Positions 28,045 to 38,696 of a DNA stretch of 64,000 bases are shown one piece after another. The notes under the pieces are model-generated. The model made no database searches and was not told where the DNA came from. It worked only from the letters and a program-made list of their open reading frames with translations. The DNA lies in assembly GCA_900758495.1 (NCBI GenBank), contig CAAERO010000005.1, positions 16,189 to 80,188 on the forward strand, in the 5' to 3' direction. Origin of the DNA: Bacilli bacterium. GTDB taxonomy: Bacteria; Bacillota_I; Bacilli_A; RF39; UBA660. Made by a program: the position numbers and the translations under genes. Positions within the stretch are counted from its first letter, which is position 1. Every line of letters begins with the position of its first letter.

Positions 28045-29018
28045 ATAAAGTTCCTCCTAAATACTTCTAACATATGTAGTATATCACAAAGACTGGTCAT
28101 TTGATAAATATTATTTTTTAACTGATTACTACCATCTACCCCTTTTAAATACCACGCAATATGATTTCTAATTTCTAAGACTGCTACTTTTTCGTTTTTT
28201 AATTTACCTAATAATTTTAAATGTTTTATGCACATATCTATTTTTTCTACAGGTGTTATTTCTTCGAAATCTTTCTTTCCATCAAGTAATGCTACTGTAT
28301 CCCTTATCAACCAAGGATTACCTAAAACTCCTCGTCCAATCATTATAGCATCACAACCTGTTTCTTCTAACATTTTTTTTGCTAATTCTTTAGTAGTTAT
28401 ATCACCATTTCCTATTACAGGAATGGAAACACTTTCTTTTACCTGTTTTATAACATTCCAATCAGCTTTACCACTATATCCTTGTTTTCTAGTTCTTGGA
28501 TGAACACATATAGCACTTGCTCCAGCTTCTTCACATATTTTGGCTATTTCCACGGCATTAATAGATTCACTATCCCAACCACTTCTAATTTTAACAGTAA
28601 CTGGACATTTAACACTTTTCACTACTGCTGTTACTATTTCTTTAACTTTTTCAGGGCTTTTAAGTAGAGCACTACCAGCTTGAGCTCTAACCGCTACTTT
28701 CGGTACAGGACATCCCATATTTATATCAATTATATCTGGCTGCATATTTTTTTCAATATATTTTGCAGCTGTTACAAAACTATCTACATCACTACCAAAT
28801 ATTTGTTGAGTAATAGGTCTTTCTTCTTCACTCATATACAACATATCAATAGTTTTTTGATTATCATAGCAAATTGCTTTATCACTTACCATTTCAGCAT
28901 AAATCAAACCACAACCCATTTCTTTAATAATTCTTCTATAAGCACTGTTACAAATTCCTGCCATTGGTGCTAATACTACTTGATTTTCTATTTCTACATC
29001 TCTAATTTTCCACTTCAT
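28041..29018 (-). CDS. dusB: tRNA-dihydrouridine synthase
   Basis: LAPMAGICNSAYR, DINMGCP and IPVIGNGDI motifs. Confidence 0.9.
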   Translation of the reverse strand: MKWKIRDVEIENQVVLAPMAGICNSAYRRIIKEMGCGLIYAEMVSDKAICYDNQKTIDMLYMSEEERPITQQIFGSDVDSFVTAAKYIEKNMQPDIIDINMGCPVPKVAVRAQAGSALLKSPEKVKEIVTAVVKSVKCPVTVKIRSGWDSESINAVEIAKICEEAGASAICVHPRTRKQGYSGKADWNVIKQVKESVSIPVIGNGDITTKELAKKMLEETGCDAIMIGRGVLGNPWLIRDTVALLDGKKDFEEITPVEKIDMCIKHLKLLGKLKNEKVAVLEIRNHIAWYLKGVDGSNQLKNNIYQMTSLCDILHMLEVFRRNFI

Positions 29019-29027
29019 AAATACCCC

Positions 29028-30050
29028 TTATATTATTTTTTTTACTTTTGTCTTTAATTTTTGATTTTTGCTTTTGAATTTTAATGATGCCTTTGCTAAA
29101 ACCAAATTTTCTAATAAGACATTTTCTAATTCTAAATTGTTTTCACATCTTATTTTACTTATAGTAACATTTGTTAGAAAAGCTAAACTATCATATAATG
29201 AATAGTCCTCTACTTTTTCTGGTAAAGTCAAATTATCTAGTTCATCACAAGCACTATGTATCTGTATAATTCGACCATTGCTGTATCTTTCATAAAAACT
29301 ATTAACATCTCTTGCTAATTCTTGACTATTTACTGATTGCATAATAATTTTTCTATTATCAATTCCTTTATGATAATTAGGATTAAGCATTGGCATCTTC
29401 TTTCTAGTACAAAAATCTGCTAATACCAGACCATAAATTGTTTCGTGAATAAGACTATCACTACTGTATACCTCTTCACCAACTTTTTCTAAATGGTTTG
29501 CTACTTCATTTATTTTAGAGTTAGGTATGTTTAATTCTTCTGTTAATTGATTAAAAATTACAGCATTAAGGCTTAGTATTAAATTAAGATTTTGTTCTTT
29601 ATCACCATATAGCTTAGTTAAATGATACATAGTAACAGTAGTCATAACATTTATGCCAACTTTTTCCAAAAGTTTTATCATTGCTTCTTTTGTTCCTATT
29701 TCTTTAGTTTCATCTATTTGCTCAAAACTTCTTCTAATTAGTTGAGCAGGATTTTCAAAAGAAGATACTAAATCAACTGGTTCTGCTTTATAAAAGAAAC
29801 CATAGACTATCTTTTTTAACTCATTTATATCTTTAACTTCTAATGATGGTACTTTTTCTAAAAAATAGTCATTCATATAATTATAATATTTATTCTTTAA
29901 GTAATAACTTTCCTTGCCATATAATATATCAGCAGATTTTATTATTTCTTTGATTTTTTTTAAGGTTTCTTTATCATAATTTTTTTCATAAAATTTATCA
30001 GGATAAGTTTTTAAAAGTATTAATATATTTGCTATATTATCATCAGTCAC
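29028..30050 (-). CDS. hypothetical protein (340 aa), paralogue of 30127-31116
   Basis: Shared blocks with its neighbour: KYDK.TL..(I/L)KEIIK(S/T)AD.LYGK, FFYK, NPNY, EDYSLYD.L.(A/F)LT..T.SKI..ENN..LEN.LL.NL.L(A/S)K. It probably has a GTG start and a weak RBS. Confidence 0.55.
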   Translation of the reverse strand: MTDDNIANILILLKTYPDKFYEKNYDKETLKKIKEIIKSADILYGKESYYLKNKYYNYMNDYFLEKVPSLEVKDINELKKIVYGFFYKAEPVDLVSSFENPAQLIRRSFEQIDETKEIGTKEAMIKLLEKVGINVMTTVTMYHLTKLYGDKEQNLNLILSLNAVIFNQLTEELNIPNSKINEVANHLEKVGEEVYSSDSLIHETIYGLVLADFCTRKKMPMLNPNYHKGIDNRKIIMQSVNSQELARDVNSFYERYSNGRIIQIHSACDELDNLTLPEKVEDYSLYDSLAFLTNVTISKIRCENNLELENVLLENLVLAKASLKFKSKNQKLKTKVKKII

Positions 30051-30126
30051 TCTATCATCTACTTTCTGTTATAATATGTTAAGAATTGTGTTACTTAATA
30101 ACATTTTTTTATATTTATTGTTAAAT

Positions 30127-31116
30127 TTATAATTTTTTTATTTTAGATTTTAAGTTATTTTTTTTAGCTTTAGGTTCTAATATTTTCTTTGATAATGCTA
30201 AATTTTGTAATAAAGTATTTTCTAGTGATATATTATTTTCCTTTGTTATTTTAGATAGCGTAGTAGTTGTTAAAGCTGTTAAACAATCATATAATGAGTA
30301 ATCTTCTATTTTTTTAGAAGAAGTTTTTAAACTTTCAATATCTGTTATACTTTCGTCTATATTTATATATTTTTTTGAAGTATTTCTTCGAAAATATTGT
30401 TTAGAAATATCTTCTAAATCTGATATAGTCATTTTTCTTTCAATATTCTTGTTAGCTGGATTCTTTCCATCATAATTAGGATTAGGTCTGAACACTTCTT
30501 TTTCAATACAAAAATTTGCTAAAGTATTTCCATAAACAGCTGTAAAAAATTTAGAATCAGTAAGTAATATGTCACTACTCATTTCATAAAATTTATCAGC
30601 AATCAATTTAGTACAAAAATAATCTGTTTTTCTTGTATTAATTTGATTTGCTATGCAAGCATTTATTCCTAATAAGGATGTTAAAACTAGATTATCTATT
30701 ATGGAAGGCATTATAGAACAAGAAAAAGCACCAATACTATCAGTAGCAAATAATTTTCTAATAGAAACTTCATCTCTTTTTCTTTTTACTTCACTTATTT
30801 GATTAAAACAACTTTCTACATAGTCTATAGCATCAGTTAAATCTATTCTAGGAGTTTTATAAAAGAAAGCTAGTGCCACTTCTTCTAATTCTTTTTTCTG
30901 CTTTACTCCTTTTTTGTCCAGAAAAAGGTACTTTTCTAAAAATAAATTATATTTATTTATTAGATATTCATTTTGTTGCTTTCCATATAATGTATCAGCT
31001 GTTTTTATTATTTCTTTTAATCTAGCTAAAGTTCTTTTATCATATTTATCTTTACTTAACTCTAACGGACTAGTTTTAATATCATTTAATATTCCTAAAA
31101 TTGCTTCATCTTGCAT
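30127..31116 (-). CDS. hypothetical protein (329 aa), paralogue of 29028-30050
   Basis: Evidence as for its paralogue. The ATG lies 11 nt after the mscL stop. Confidence 0.55.
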   Translation of the reverse strand: MQDEAILGILNDIKTSPLELSKDKYDKRTLARLKEIIKTADTLYGKQQNEYLINKYNLFLEKYLFLDKKGVKQKKELEEVALAFFYKTPRIDLTDAIDYVESCFNQISEVKRKRDEVSIRKLFATDSIGAFSCSIMPSIIDNLVLTSLLGINACIANQINTRKTDYFCTKLIADKFYEMSSDILLTDSKFFTAVYGNTLANFCIEKEVFRPNPNYDGKNPANKNIERKMTISDLEDISKQYFRRNTSKKYINIDESITDIESLKTSSKKIEDYSLYDCLTALTTTTLSKITKENNISLENTLLQNLALSKKILEPKAKKNNLKSKIKKL

Positions 31117-31127
31117 TTAATCACTAC

Positions 31128-31553
31128 CTATTTACTATTTTTTAGCAAATCTCTTATTTCTTCTAAGAGAATAATTTGTTCATCTTTCTTTGATTTTTCT
31201 TCTTCTTTTTTATGACCTAACTTCTTATCGGCTTTTTCTTTTAGACTATTAAGTATCTGTAACATAGTAAAGATACAAAGTGCGATTATTAGAAAATCAA
31301 CGACACTTTGAATAAAGGAACCATACTTGATAGAAGCATCTCCAACCTTAATACTTAATGAACTGAAATCAAGACCACCTAAAACAACTCCTACTAATGG
31401 CATAATAATATCATTTACTAAACTACCAACTATTTTTCCAAAAGCTCCACCAATAATTACACCAATAGCCATATCTACAACTGAACCTCTACTTATAAAT
31501 TTTTTAAATTCATCAGCTTCTTTTTTTAAATTTTTATTCACTTTTCTATCCAT
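31128..31553 (-). CDS. mscL: large-conductance mechanosensitive channel
   Basis: FKKFISRGSVVDMAIGVIIGGAFGKIVGSLVNDIIMP is the hallmark MscL TM1 region. Confidence 0.9.
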   Translation of the reverse strand: MDRKVNKNLKKEADEFKKFISRGSVVDMAIGVIIGGAFGKIVGSLVNDIIMPLVGVVLGGLDFSSLSIKVGDASIKYGSFIQSVVDFLIIALCIFTMLQILNSLKEKADKKLGHKKEEEKSKKDEQIILLEEIRDLLKNSK

Positions 31554-31609
31554 CTTATCCTCCTTTTCACTACTCGTGAAATTTCACACATATTATACTA
31601 AAAAAAGAA

Positions 31610-33574
31610 CTATTTCTCAAGTTCTTTTATAATTTCTTCCTTATCCATCTTTGAATAGCCTTTAATACCTTTTCCTTTAGCTATTTCTTTAAGTTTAGTT
31701 AAACTCATTTTTTCATAAGTTGTTTCTTCTTCTTCACTAGGCATTTTACCATTTTCTACTAAATAATCAATTTGTTCCTTAGTTAATGTTTCATATTCTA
31801 ATAAGGTTGTTGCTAATAATTCTAATAAGTCACGGTTATCGTTAATTATTTGTGTAGCTTTCTTATAACATTCATCAATAATTTTTCTCATTTCTGTATC
31901 TATTTCGTGAGCTACTTCATTAGAAAAGTTTCTTGATTTATTGTAATCTCTTCCAAGGAAGACACTTCCTTCTTGTTGTTCTAACTGCATTGGTCCCAAA
32001 TCACTCATTCCATATTCAGTAACCATTGCTCTTGCAATCTTTGTAGCTTTTGAAAAATCATTTTCAGCTCCTGTTGTAATTTCTCCAAATACTACTTCTT
32101 CAGCAACACGACCAGCAAGTAAACCTGTTATTTGTTCTAATAAATCAGTCTTAGTAGAGCACATTTTTTCCTCACTAGGAATCATCATATTATAACCACC
32201 AGCAGAACCACGTGGAATAATGGTTACTTTTTGAACATCATTTGCACCTTTTAATTTAATTCCTACTACAGCATGACCAGACTCGTGGTATGCTACTAAC
32301 TTACGATCATTTTCACTGCGTGTTTTACTAGATTTTGCAGGCCCCATTAGTACTCTGTCACTTGCTTCATCTATTTCACTCATTGTAATTGCTTCTTTAT
32401 TTCTTCTAACAGCAAGTAATGCTGCTTCGTTTAATAAGTTTTCTAAGTCAGCTCCTGAATAACCTGGCGTTCTTTTTGCAAGAGCTGGAATGTTTACACC
32501 ATCTGCTAAAACTTTATTTCTAGCATGTACTTTAAGAATTTCTTCTCTACCTTTTACATCTGGTAAATTAACTGTTACTTGTCTATCAAATCTTCCAGGT
32601 CTAAGTAATGCAGGATCCAAAACATCTGGTCTATTAGTTGCGGCAATTATAATAATACCCGCATTTTCTCCAAAGCCATCCATTTCTGTAAGTAATTGGT
32701 TTAATGTTTGTTCTCTTTCATCATGACCTCCACCAATACCACTGCCACGTTGGCGTCCAACTGCATCTATTTCATCAATAAAGATTAAGCAAGGAGCTGT
32801 TCTTTTAGCTTGTTGAAACATATCTCTAACACGACTAGCACCTACTCCAACAAATAGTTCTACAAAGTCAGAACCACTAATATAGTAGAAAGGTACGTTG
32901 GCTTCACCAGCTACTGCTCGTGCTAGTAACGTTTTACCTGTTCCTGGAGGACCATATAATAATACTCCTTTAGGAATTCTTGCTCCAAGTTTTTGAAATT
33001 TCTTAGGATTTTTCAAAAAGTCAATTAATTCCTTAACTTCTTCTTTTTCTTCTTTTAAACCAGCTACATCTTTAAATGTTACTTTATTTTTATCACTTGA
33101 TAATTTGGCTTTACTTTTACCAAAATCGAATGAACCATTTTTACCACCCATTTGTTTATTTAAAAACCAAAAACCAATAGCAAGTACTAATAGCATAGGC
33201 AAATAATTTGCAACTATTATTAATAAAGAATTTGATTCAGGATCAGCTACAGCTGTAAACTCAAAATTGTATTTATCACTTGCCGCAACTAATTTTTTCA
33301 TCACTTGTTCTGATAATGGCAATCTTACATAAAAAGTTTCATTTTCTTTATAATTTTTTAACTTACCACGTACCTCATAAATACTAGCTCTTTCTCTTGG
33401 CTTAACCTCTAATTCAGTTACTTCACTAGAATCTAATGATTTCATAAATTCACTATAACTTAAGTTATTAATTTTTTGATTAGCAATAGTAACAAAGTAA
33501 AAAACGCCAAGCATTATAAGTAGTAAAAATACATATGGAAATAATCCCTGTCTTACTTTTTTATTTTGTGTCAT
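31610..33574 (-). CDS. ftsH: ATP-dependent zinc metalloprotease FtsH
   Basis: Walker [15 protein letters not shown] region and HEXGH zinc motif (YHESGHAV). Confidence 0.95.
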   Translation of the reverse strand: MTQNKKVRQGLFPYVFLLLIMLGVFYFVTIANQKINNLSYSEFMKSLDSSEVTELEVKPRERASIYEVRGKLKNYKENETFYVRLPLSEQVMKKLVAASDKYNFEFTAVADPESNSLLIIVANYLPMLLVLAIGFWFLNKQMGGKNGSFDFGKSKAKLSSDKNKVTFKDVAGLKEEKEEVKELIDFLKNPKKFQKLGARIPKGVLLYGPPGTGKTLLARAVAGEANVPFYYISGSDFVELFVGVGASRVRDMFQQAKRTAPCLIFIDEIDAVGRQRGSGIGGGHDEREQTLNQLLTEMDGFGENAGIIIIAATNRPDVLDPALLRPGRFDRQVTVNLPDVKGREEILKVHARNKVLADGVNIPALAKRTPGYSGADLENLLNEAALLAVRRNKEAITMSEIDEASDRVLMGPAKSSKTRSENDRKLVAYHESGHAVVGIKLKGANDVQKVTIIPRGSAGGYNMMIPSEEKMCSTKTDLLEQITGLLAGRVAEEVVFGEITTGAENDFSKATKIARAMVTEYGMSDLGPMQLEQQEGSVFLGRDYNKSRNFSNEVAHEIDTEMRKIIDECYKKATQIINDNRDLLELLATTLLEYETLTKEQIDYLVENGKMPSEEEETTYEKMSLTKLKEIAKGKGIKGYSKMDKEEIIKELEK

Positions 33575-33591
33575 TTCAACATCTCCTTTAA

Positions 33592-34908
33592 CTATTCATA
33601 TTTTAGTATTATATCATAGAATTCGTCTTTTTTCTTATCGTATTTAGTTTTTTTAAGCCCTGGTATAAAAATTATTTGATTCTTACTATCAACCACTACT
33701 GGCCATAAATCTCTATCTTTTGAAGGAATTTTACAATCTATAAATATGTTTTTTAATTTTTTATGTCCACCATTTTTAATAACTAATGTATCTCCATATT
33801 CTCTAGTTCTAACTCTTAATGGCAAAGTTAAATCTTTACTAGATATTCTTGTGATATTGTTACTATTTCCTTGTTCTTCTTCTACTACTTTTAAAGTATG
33901 TCCATTAGGAAGTTTAGCATAATTTGATAATTCTATTTCGTATGTATCTATTATCTCTGTGTTTCTATCAAATTCTATAGTACCATAACTTTTTCTAATT
34001 ACTACATCATTTGGAAAATTCAGTTTTACATTAGCTCTTTTGGAAGTAATTATTTTAAATATAGCATCTAGATGTTTATCTGATATTAAGACTAAATCGT
34101 CTTGATAATATTTTTTTAACAACTCCTCTAAAATCAATTTTTGAATTATCTTATCTAATTCATTAAATGGTTCGATAAATAATTTATCATTTCTTACTAC
34201 TTTGGTCAAGGCTTTTTGCACCTCTTTATTTAGGTATTCTGACACTTCTTCTAAGGTAGTATGAAATTTTATGAATTTTTGCTCTACTTTACTATCTTCC
34301 TTCTTTAAAAACGGTAATACTTCTTTACGATAACGGTTTCTTGTATAAACTGAACTATTATTAGAAGCGTCTATAGCATAAGGAATTTTATATCTATGGT
34401 CATAATCTAATAATTTAGCTTTAGTTATCTCAAAGAATGGACGATAAATTGTATATGTATTCATATCTATTATTTTTTTAAAACCTGAATAACCATAAAT
34501 ATTAGAACCTCTTACTATTCGCATTAAAATAGTTTCCATTAAATCATCGGCATGATGAGCAGTCATTAAATATTTTGCTTGATATTTATTAACTATTTCT
34601 TCAAAGAAGTTATATCTTATATTTCTTGCTTCATTATGAAAATTATCATCACCATAATTTTTTATACGCATATATTCAAAGGTAACATTATTTTTAACAC
34701 AATATTCTTCTAGTAAAACTTTTTCCTCTTCACTTTCTTTTCTTTTACCATGATTTACATGGGCACAAATTAATTTGATATTTGTCTTTTTTCTTAGCAT
34801 TAACAACGTATGAAATAGTGCCATGGAATCTGGTCCATAACTACATCCAAACACTATTACGTCATCATCTTTTATTTTTACATCTTTATATAGTAACTCT
34901 ATATCCAT
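33592..34908 (-). CDS. tilS: tRNA(Ile)-lysidine synthase
   Basis: PP-loop-like GCSYGPDSMAL. The length and the position immediately upstream of ftsH fit the conserved order. Confidence 0.8.
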   Translation of the reverse strand: MDIELLYKDVKIKDDDVIVFGCSYGPDSMALFHTLLMLRKKTNIKLICAHVNHGKRKESEEEKVLLEEYCVKNNVTFEYMRIKNYGDDNFHNEARNIRYNFFEEIVNKYQAKYLMTAHHADDLMETILMRIVRGSNIYGYSGFKKIIDMNTYTIYRPFFEITKAKLLDYDHRYKIPYAIDASNNSSVYTRNRYRKEVLPFLKKEDSKVEQKFIKFHTTLEEVSEYLNKEVQKALTKVVRNDKLFIEPFNELDKIIQKLILEELLKKYYQDDLVLISDKHLDAIFKIITSKRANVKLNFPNDVVIRKSYGTIEFDRNTEIIDTYEIELSNYAKLPNGHTLKVVEEEQGNSNNITRISSKDLTLPLRVRTREYGDTLVIKNGGHKKLKNIFIDCKIPSKDRDLWPVVVDSKNQIIFIPGLKKTKYDKKKDEFYDIILKYE

Positions 34909-34932
34909 TTTTACACCTCAATAAAAGAATAC

Positions 34933-35229
34933 CTACTCTTCTTCTGGTATTCTAAGAATATATTCTCCATCTTTTGAATAATAATACTTTTCTCTTGCAT
35001 ACCTTGCTACATAATCTGCATCTTGTAATTTTAAAACATCAGCCTTTAGCTCATCTTCTTTGTCCTTTAAACTAGCAAGTTCTTTAGTAAGTTCTTTCTT
35101 TTCTTTATATTTACTATAGATACTAACCCAGTATTTCCCTACAGTATAGGTTGTGAACACTATCATGGCAAGAGAAAAAACACATAGAAAAAAGGGACCA
35201 ATTTTCTTTTTTTTCTTATTTTTAGCCAT
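34933..35229 (-). CDS. divIC: septum formation initiator (FtsB/DivIC family)
   Basis: Lys-rich N-terminus, single TM, coiled coil and ..DADYVARYAREKYYYSKDGEYI. It follows yabP-yabQ, as in Bacillus. Confidence 0.7.
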   Translation of the reverse strand: MAKNKKKKKIGPFFLCVFSLAMIVFTTYTVGKYWVSIYSKYKEKKELTKELASLKDKEDELKADVLKLQDADYVARYAREKYYYSKDGEYILRIPEEE

Positions 35230-35284
35230 AATATCACCCACTTTTCCTGATATTATTATAGACTTTTTTTCTAAGTTTTGCAAA

Positions 35285-35578
35285 TTAACTAGTATTTTTT
35301 TTTAATCTTGACATTATTCTCTGTATTTTTCTATAAGTAAGTATATATCCTAAAAAAATTAACAAATAAAAAAGGGGATGAATCATTGCATTATTTATCT
35401 TTTTCATTGATATAAAATATAGTAATGCCATATCTAGGGAGAAAAGAATGTTACCAATTATTTTAATTGTTTTTCTACTTTCAAATAGAAAGGTATAGTT
35501 AAGAGTAATAAGAAGCGATAATAATATTCCGTACAGTCCTGAAAAAAAAATGGAGATAAGTTGTATTTTTAAACTCAT
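35285..35578 (-). CDS. yabQ: spore cortex biosynthesis protein YabQ-like small membrane protein
   Basis: A 97-aa, 3-TM protein translationally abutting yabP. The call rests on position and size. Confidence 0.6.
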   Translation of the reverse strand: MSLKIQLISIFFSGLYGILLSLLITLNYTFLFESRKTIKIIGNILFSLDMALLYFISMKKINNAMIHPLFYLLIFLGYILTYRKIQRIMSRLKKNTS

Positions 35579-35874
35579 TATTTAAACAATCTTTGAAAGA
35601 TACTATTTCCTTCTTTATCTTTCTTTGAAGTATCATCTATATAAGTAAAACCATTAACATAACCTTTAATTGATACATTTCCTGATATTGTGTCTAATTT
35701 TATAAGTTCTAAACCATCACCTTTTACTACTAAAAAACCCATAGTAGTTTCTATTAAGAATTCTTCCTTATCAAAGTTTTCTATTTTTTTAACTCCTGTT
35801 ATTAAAAGATTTTTTCTTTCTGTTAAAGTTATGCTATGATTATAGTTACTTATTATTGTCTCTTTAGTTTCCAT
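35578..35874 (-). CDS. yabP: sporulation protein YabP
   Basis: HSITLTERKNLLITGVKKIENFDKEEFLIETTMGFLVVKGDGLELIKLD matches the YabP/YqfC family pattern. Confidence 0.8.
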   Translation of the reverse strand: METKETIISNYNHSITLTERKNLLITGVKKIENFDKEEFLIETTMGFLVVKGDGLELIKLDTISGNVSIKGYVNGFTYIDDTSKKDKEGNSIFQRLFK

Positions 35875-35916
35875 CTATTCTCCTCCTAGTTATAGAGTAT
35901 GAATTAGAAAATATTA

Positions 35917-35947
35917 AAAGAACAAAAAAAGAAGAACTAATCTTCCT
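35917..35947 (-). terminator. probable rho-independent terminator after spoVG
   Basis: The minus strand reads AGGAAGATTAGTTCTTCTTTTTTTG. Confidence 0.45.
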
Positions 35948-35957
35948 ATAGTAATTA

Positions 35958-36224
35958 TTATTCAGAATCCAAAGTATTTTGGTAAGCTTCTAGAATTTTA
36001 TCTTGAAACATTGCTCTTACTTCAGGATTGATTGGATGAGCTATATCACGATATCCACCAGTAGGAGTCTTTCTGCTTGGCATTGCAATAAATAAGCCAT
36101 TTTCTCCTTCAATGATTCTGATATCATGAACTGCAAAACTATCATCCAATAAGACAGATGCAATTCCTCTCATACGAGAACCTTCTTTGTCAACTTTTCG
36201 TACAGTGACTGATGTAATTTCCAT
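35958..36224 (-). CDS. spoVG: septation/sporulation regulator SpoVG
   Basis: [11 protein letters not shown]...[45 protein letters not shown] is the hallmark SpoVG sequence. Confidence 0.9.
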   Translation of the reverse strand: MEITSVTVRKVDKEGSRMRGIASVLLDDSFAVHDIRIIEGENGLFIAMPSRKTPTGGYRDIAHPINPEVRAMFQDKILEAYQNTLDSE

Positions 36225-36323
36225 ATATCTTCCTCCTTTTAAAGCACTGACACTTTATACTTTAATTCTATCTTATCTCTTTTATAATTGCAAGAAGTTT
36301 ATAGGTACTTGACAGCAAACACG

Positions 36324-36542
36324 TCAACTGATTATTTCGACACTTTCTGTTATTAAATCACTATAACTAAACGACTTTATTTTATTTTCTTCTCCTTCTA
36401 ACCTAACTAAAAATATTGAAGGATAAAGTTCAATTATTTCTCCATTAAATTCTTCTATTTGATTTCGACTTCCATTAACTTTAAAATGTAAAATAGTTCC
36501 TTCTTTTTCTTTAATTTTATTTCTCATAGTATCTAAATTCAT
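36324..36542 (-). CDS. veg: Veg protein
   Basis: ..LYPSIFLVRLEGEENKIKSFSYSDLITESVEI parallels B. subtilis Veg (..[34 protein letters not shown]). The start overlaps the yabG stop (ATGA). Confidence 0.85.
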   Translation of the reverse strand: MNLDTMRNKIKEKEGTILHFKVNGSRNQIEEFNGEIIELYPSIFLVRLEGEENKIKSFSYSDLITESVEIIS

Positions 36543-37318
36543 CTTGGATACCCCACATACATAGTACCATTTGTGATAATTCCACCCATACCAGCACTTC
36601 CATAATGAGTTTTATCTATTAGATGTATCAAATCAATTGCTTTATTTACAGGAGATAATGCTACACAAGAAGCTACTATTGCTGGATCTAGGGCATGTAT
36701 GTTTATTCTTTTAGGACTTGAAGCAAAATTACTTCCAGCTTTTATTAATTCTTCATAGTTTGACTGACAAGCACCAGCTATTATTATTAATTTGTCTTGA
36801 TTTTTTTCATACATTCTAGCTTTTTTTATAGCATTAACAAAATTTTCAGAATTTTGATAATTTTCTATTTTGCTTTTATCTTTGGCATATTTTTTTAAAA
36901 AGTCATGTCCTGTTATTACTATTATATCTGGCTTATACTTTTCTAGGGTATCTATTATTACATTTTCTATTTCACTTTCCTTAACTTTTATTCCATAAGC
37001 TTCTAAATGCATATCTTTATAAAAGTTTATACACCTATCTAAATAAAATTTATCAGAATCAAACTGAACTATCTTACCTGGCAAGTAGAAGTATTCACTT
37101 CTATCTAATGATATCAAACTTTCTACTTTTAAAATATCTATCCGATCTGTTTCTTTCTTTACTGACACTTTATTTAAATCATCTAACTCGCTATCAGCAT
37201 AAAGTCTAACATCAACACCTCTTAAATAAGCTATATCTTCTTCTATATCGATTATTTGAAAAACTAAGTCGTTATTATAAGACTGCCTAGTTACATAGTC
37301 ACATAACTTAAAATTCAT
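36539..37318 (-). CDS. yabG: sporulation-specific protease YabG
   Basis: The ..PDIIVITGHD... and ..IIAGACQS.. blocks match, and the position between rsmA and veg is as in Bacillus. Confidence 0.75.
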   Translation of the reverse strand: MNFKLCDYVTRQSYNNDLVFQIIDIEEDIAYLRGVDVRLYADSELDDLNKVSVKKETDRIDILKVESLISLDRSEYFYLPGKIVQFDSDKFYLDRCINFYKDMHLEAYGIKVKESEIENVIIDTLEKYKPDIIVITGHDFLKKYAKDKSKIENYQNSENFVNAIKKARMYEKNQDKLIIIAGACQSNYEELIKAGSNFASSPKRINIHALDPAIVASCVALSPVNKAIDLIHLIDKTHYGSAGMGGIITNGTMYVGYPR

Positions 37319-37356
37319 CTAATCACCCAGTTAATTTTATGCAAGAACAATTTAAT

Positions 37357-38151
37357 TTATTTATAAAGTTTATTTGCTATATCTACAAATATCTTATAGT
37401 CTAATTGCTCAGATCTTACACTTAAGTCTAAATTATACTTTGCTAATACTTCGCTAACTAAATTTAAATCATATTTCTTTAGGTTATTTCTTATTGTCTT
37501 CCTTTTAAATTGAAAACTATCATGAACTATCTGCTGAAAAAATTCTTCACTTTTCAATTTTTCTTTTGTTACTTTTGGTTTAAAGGATACTACAACACTA
37601 TCTACATTAGGCTTTGGAATAAACTCCTCTCTACTTACTAAAAACTCCTTTTTTGTATCAAAATAATATCTTAATAAGACAGTTAGAGCTCCATACTCTT
37701 TCTTTCCTGTAATTGACGTAAATCTTTCTCCTACTTCTTTTTGTACCATCATTACAATTTTATTAAAATAAAGTCCAGAATTCATCAATTTAAAAAGTAT
37801 AGGTGTTGTTATATAATATGGTACATTACTTACAAAATATAAATTTTCATATTGATAATTAGCTAAATCTTTTTTTATGTCTTGATTCAAAAAGTCACCA
37901 AAATAGATAGAAACATTATCTGCTCCTTCTAAATTTTTTACTAATATATCTTCTAGAGTTTTATCTATTTCATAACATAATACTTGTCCTCTATCTTTTA
38001 AATACTTAGTTAAAGCTCCTGCTCCTGGACCTACTTCAATTATTAAAGATTCATTTTTAATCTCTGCTACTTCTACAATTTTTTCTAATACGTTTTCATT
38101 TTTTATAAAGTTTTGACCAAATTTTTTCTTAAACTGAAATTTCTCATTCAT
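37357..38151 (-). CDS. rsmA: 16S rRNA (adenine1518/1519-N6)-dimethyltransferase
   Basis: FKKKFGQNFI N-terminus, SAM motif IIEVGPGAGALT and NVPYYITTPI. Confidence 0.9.
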   Translation of the reverse strand: MNEKFQFKKKFGQNFIKNENVLEKIVEVAEIKNESLIIEVGPGAGALTKYLKDRGQVLCYEIDKTLEDILVKNLEGADNVSIYFGDFLNQDIKKDLANYQYENLYFVSNVPYYITTPILFKLMNSGLYFNKIVMMVQKEVGERFTSITGKKEYGALTVLLRYYFDTKKEFLVSREEFIPKPNVDSVVVSFKPKVTKEKLKSEEFFQQIVHDSFQFKRKTIRNNLKKYDLNLVSEVLAKYNLDLSVRSEQLDYKIFVDIANKLYK

Positions 38152-38260
38152 ATTAAAACCTCTTTCTCAATGTTATTATTGTACCAAATTCCCAAAGAAA
38201 AATCTCTTCTTTAAACAAAAATTATTTCAAATTAAATATCTAAATTAAAAAAAGAAAAGT

Positions 38261-38695
38261 TTATTTTTTCAACTCTTCTTTAACTGGTTTTATCATAAAT
38301 AGTAAGTTAGAAACTGATAAACCATATAACATTATTTTCATATAAGATATAAAAGTATTAAAATAGTTAAAATCTATTCCATAACCATATTTTTCATTGA
38401 GAACCATATTTTTATCAGCAAATGCTCTATATCCTACTACTATTATTGTAGTAAAAATTATACAGGATGTTAAGTTATAGAATATGTTATTATTAACACC
38501 TTCTTGCTTAAATACAAGGTTAATTATAAATAATAAGAAAATAATTAGAAAGGGAATAAATTCTGGCATTAGGGTGATAAAACTTTTTTCTAGTCTAACA
38601 TTCATTCTTACCATTATAAATAGGGTAATTGCAAATGCACCTAATAATAAGATATATTTCAATACTACAAATATAATATTTAATATTTTCTTCAT
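38261..38695 (-). CDS. small 4-TM membrane protein, last gene of the sipW operon
   Basis: Its ATG lies 1 nt after the upstream stop (TAATATG). It is hydrophobic, and no family was recognised. Confidence 0.5.
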   Translation of the reverse strand: MKKILNIIFVVLKYILLLGAFAITLFIMVRMNVRLEKSFITLMPEFIPFLIIFLLFIINLVFKQEGVNNNIFYNLTSCIIFTTIIVVGYRAFADKNMVLNEKYGYGIDFNYFNTFISYMKIMLYGLSVSNLLFMIKPVKEELKK

Positions 38696-38696
38696 A

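Noticed and set aside
28228-28973. Three plus-strand ORFs (91, 61 and 97 aa) inside dusB. Similar antisense ORFs occur elsewhere: 4320-4562, 10032-10298, 12559-12786, 13464-13646, 17042-17230, 17917-18171, 24385-24585, 27152-27343, 27575-27760, 30914-31120, 31327-31632, 32490-32726, 38484-38732, 39895-40077, 40815-41405, 41931-42170, 43394-43576, 44993-45208, 46587-47060, 47608-47814, 51806-51994, 55783-56224, 61574-61777 and 62248-62691.
   Set aside because: All lie antisense to well-supported minus-strand genes. They are Ser/Phe/Leu/Ile-rich low-complexity translations typical of the reverse strand of AT-rich genes, and they lack RBSs.
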